Shown: positions 60,015-64,000 of the stretch, piece after piece
How the letters are laid out: every line of letters starts with the position of its first letter
Numbering within the stretch: the first letter of the stretch is position 1
Source of the DNA: the human T2T-CHM13v2.0 reference genome, Homo sapiens
Direction of reading: 5' to 3'
DNA length: 64,000 nucleotides
NCBI GenBank assembly: GCA_009914755.4
Contig: CP068257.2
Coordinates: 26,880,001 to 26,944,000 of the forward strand
Notes under the pieces: model-generated
Told to the model about the DNA's origin: nothing
The model's database searches: none
What the model saw: the letters and a program-made list of their open reading frames with translations, nothing else
Position numbers and translations under genes: made by a program

Positions 60015-63000
60015 TAGCTTTTTGGTCTATGATTCCTCCCAAATTAATTTCTGTGAACCATTACCTTAAGATGTTGAGATTTAATGTCCAGAATCTCATT
60101 TGTTCACCTTTGAAAATTAAGAAACCCTGGCACAGTGTTGACTGGAGCCTCTTACCTTAATAGAAAATAAAGCTCACATATATCCATAATGAAAAGCAGA
60201 GACCAGCACAACCATAGTCACCTGACAGTTTAAAAATCCAAGGCCAGGATCTTCTCAACTCAGGCCCACTCACTTACTCCACAACATACTTCTTCTTTCC
60301 TCAGCATCTACTACTTGTGCTGGGACCTTGGTCTTCCCATTGTTCATGTCATTCTTTTCCTCACAGTTCCCATTCTTTTCTCCCTGAAATAAAGAAATTT
60401 CAAAATATACCATGTTTCATGAAAAAGACAAAAACATAAAATTACCTTCAGGAAGATGTATTTTGATATAAGTTTTCTTTATCCATAAGAAATTAATAGA
60501 TTTGCAATAAGCATTGATATTCTGGGAAATGAAACACCCTTGTTTTGCCCACCTGACAACTTTTTATTTCCAAAACCCAAGACCCATCCTCAACAATTTA
60601 CTTTACTTAACAACATATCTAGGGTTGCCAGATAAAATGCAGGTTTCCCAGCTACATTTGAATTTCAGCTAAGCAATAAATAATTTTTAGTATCTATCCT
60701 AAATATTGACCTTATATTTTTTAAAAAAGTGATTTATCTGAAATTCAAATGTAACTGTACATCATGTAGTTTTATTTGATAAATCTGACACCCCTACCCA
60801 CATCCAATTCATCATTAAACCCTCTAAATCCTACTTCCTCAATATTACCCAAGTCAGTCCATTTATTTCTATTTCTAGTACCCTTACTTTTGAAGAAGAC
60901 ACCACATTTATATCGATTGTTTTAATGATCTTTTAATTGGCTCCCAAACTCCAGTCAAAACAACCTTTACTCTCTGTTAAAGCTAAAACAATTTTTTCAA
61001 AACAAATCTGATTGTATCACACCCCTTCCATTGTTTCCATTAATTTAAGATCAAGTCTAAACTCCTAAACTCAGCTGTCATTGCTATATCCTATCTCTAA
61101 ACAATCACTGTTTTGCACTCTGCATACACTCCAGCCATTTTGAAAAATCTTTCAGGCTCCTGGAAAAGCTTAACTCCGCCCTTTGTTTCCAATATTTACA
61201 TATAAATTTTTTTCTATCTAAAGCATGCTTTCAGCCAATAACATAAATCTCACTACCCCTTTCTGCTGAACCTAAATCTTTTTGCCCTCAGATAGAAAGA
61301 TAATTTTCCCTTCTCCTGCTCTGCTCTGATTCAGCTCTCCATAACAAGGTTGTAATCACCTCCTATTCACCCTTCTGGTGAAGGAAGGATTTCCACCCTC
61401 AGGTGATGGGGATGGTTGAACATCCAACACCTGAAACAGGACAGACGATATTGACAGTACTTGTTAGTTGCATATAATCACAGACCAGTGGAAACAGATG
61501 AACCACACAGGGCCACAGGGGGGTTTCACTGGGGAACAGAGTGAACAATCAGGAGGTGTGGGAGGCAGGTTTAGTAGTTTAAAGAGGTTGAGGTGTCCCC
61601 CTGGATCCCATGGGAGGATCACATTGGCTCATTTGAATTATCATACGGACTGGCAGGGAACTGAAATCTTCTACTCAGGGATAAGCAGAAACTGTCCCTG
61701 GTTTCCTTGATAAAAAGGGTTGTTTGATAGGGGACCTTATCCATGGGAGGAAAGTGAGGAGGGAAATTTGTGGCTAAGCCATTCAAGGCCCTCCCAGTTT
61801 TACTAGATGTCAAGGCAGCACACGTAATATTGGGACTTAATTTTAGCCACATAACTAATAAATTTGTAAGTATGTGCAACGGCTCACGCTTGCTTCCAGA
61901 ATGGCACCTAAAAAACAGATTTACCTCTCCCCAAATTCAGATATGGAATTAAATGTAATGTCAGGAAAACTGTCTAAGAGTTGGAAATGGGAAAAAAATG
62001 TTCTTTTGGTGGAGTTATGGACTCCAGAGGTTATCGGATTCTATTGAATAACGTACTTTTGATTGTATTTGTAACAATTAGGCTATTTGTGAACTCGGTA
62101 GGGGTAGAAATCGAGTTGTAGAAAATGGATGGTAATGCAAGTGATTTTTGACCATATCAATGCAAATGAATTCTGTTGGTAGAAATATTCATTTCCACAC
62201 TGTAGATGACCCTAAACATATGTCATTACATTATATTTTATTGCCTTATAGACTATTAACCAATTTTGAATCATACAGTAGCAAATTTATTTCAGCATTC
62301 TTGTGTGTATGTGTTTATATATACACGTGCATATGTATTTAAGATATATAATTGTATATTCTTCAAATTCTTCTTTGAACAGGTTTGAACCTCTTATTAG
62401 TTTCCTCATTAAGGAATTTAATAAGACCTTTAATGCATGTTTGTATTTTCATGAGAGTCATTATTTTACCTTTCTGGAAGTTATACTTCAGCAACCATGC
62501 TTTAAATAAACCATGATTTAAAATAGCTGTCTTAGAAAAAGAAAATAAAAGTATACTTAAATGTAGATGTCTATTTTTTAATGTTTTTATTAATTTGTAA
62601 ATTTAAATAATATATATTTAAGAGAGCTAAGTAAACATATCATAATACAAATAGAATGGAATAAGAATGACCCATGTCAAGGCAGTGTGGCAATTTTTAC
62701 CTATTCAAAATTGTGCATATTTGTTAGTCCGATTTAACACCAAGAGCATTAGCCTGGATCCAATTCCTTGCTCAGCAATGTTGAAAAATATTACCCTTGG
62801 GGCATGCAAAGGGCCCCAGTTTTGCTTTCCTATATATTCAAAGTTTGACTGCTCACTCTGGTGACTGAACTTTCTGTGAAAAAGCTTAATTCCCAAGTTC
62901 TCCTCATCGTGTAAGCAGCTTACATCATGACTAAAAATTTCAAGCATCAATTTGACTGACAAAGCATAAAAGAAGAGAGGCAGTGAGTTTTCTGGTGCAA

Positions 63001-64000
63001 ACAGATGTCAGATCACAATTCTGAATCTCTAAGAGATCATTAAGAAATCTGACAGTAGGCAAAAAGTGAGATTTTCTTGTCAAAAGTGAACACCATCAAT
63101 TTCTGAATATAGTTGATAGGTGACTCGGCTTCTACCACTTTGTACACTTCTTACGTAACTGAGCTGGTGGGAAGCAGTGTCTGTAGGCAGCAGGTGGGCA
63201 AAGATCCTCTAAGAGAAGCAAGCCATTCTCCCCCTCCAGCACAAATGAAAGAAAGAACCTAGAAATGTACTCACTTCACAGTCTCTTGGCCTGTTCCCAT
63301 CATGACGGGGCCCAGAGAGTTGGGCAAGGGGCAGTTCTCTACAGAGCCCTGCAAGGTCACATGGTTTGGAAAAGGAATGCAGCCTGGGAGAAGGGCTAGC
63401 ACGGGCAGGGCAGAGCTCTCCAACAAGTGGCTCTCTGGATCCTGTTTAGCATCCCACCCCACTCCCCACCCATTTGAGCAAAACAATATTCCCTGGCTTC
63501 TGGTGCACCATCTCAGCCATTTTTACCAAGTTCAACTAGCTTGGCTAAAATGAGAAAAGTTTAATGCACTTAAAAAAAAAAAAGACGACGAAGAAGACAA
63601 AGCAACAGCTTTAGTATGCACAGTGAAAGTGCCTGCCCTGTTGCCTGCAAAATTAATGAAAAGAAAATATCACTGAAATTCACTACACACTCAGCCTCCT
63701 CCATGAAACTCCCTCCAACCCAATAGTCGACAATTATCCTCCCCAACCTGGATAGCTAAAACACTTATTGTCTCCCCTGCCCTTTCTGCTGTGTGCATAT
63801 CCTGTTCCTGTTGTGATTCACAGCTTTCTGTATAGGTGTTTCCCTTCCCAACTAGAAAGTAAAGTACTAAAAAATCCTGGGAAATCATGGGTTGTGCCTC
63901 TTATATCCCCAGTTCCTAGTATGGCCTTGATCAGGATCCATATTTAAGCAAATAAGGGTTTAATAATGATGAATTTACCCACACCCCCATTGCCAACGTG

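Overview
This window reads as hominid (human-type) nuclear DNA, not a prokaryotic locus. It carries Alu SINEs in both orientations, primate L1 LINEs, MaLR-type LTRs (THE1/MST-like, my family assignment from memory), MIR fragments and one complete SVA composite retrotransposon, which is hominoid-specific. By eye, about half the window is interspersed repeats.

I see no convincing protein-coding exon, rRNA, tRNA or CRISPR. Every ORF of 100 aa or more in the six-frame track lies inside a repeat: the SVA VNTR, an L1 5'UTR, L1 ORF remnants, an LTR, Alus or microsatellites. The window therefore looks like deep intron or gene desert.

The most structured region is a roughly 12.6 kb nested retroelement cluster at 37.6-50.2 kb. 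It holds a full-length but dead L1 directly followed by a 5'-truncated L1 that begins at the first element's poly-A. The second L1 carries an SVA with perfect 15-bp target-site duplications and a probable 3' transduction, and each L1 also carries a nested Alu.

Two other features stand out. A young (~97% identical) inverted duplication of about 230 bp, with one arm splitting an Alu and a THE1-like LTR between the arms, lies at 2.9-4.5 kb. A small palindrome holding a triplicated 24-mer lies at 55.2 kb.

All coordinates are by-eye estimates, typically good to about 10-30 bp. Family names come from memory of consensus sequences, not from a search.
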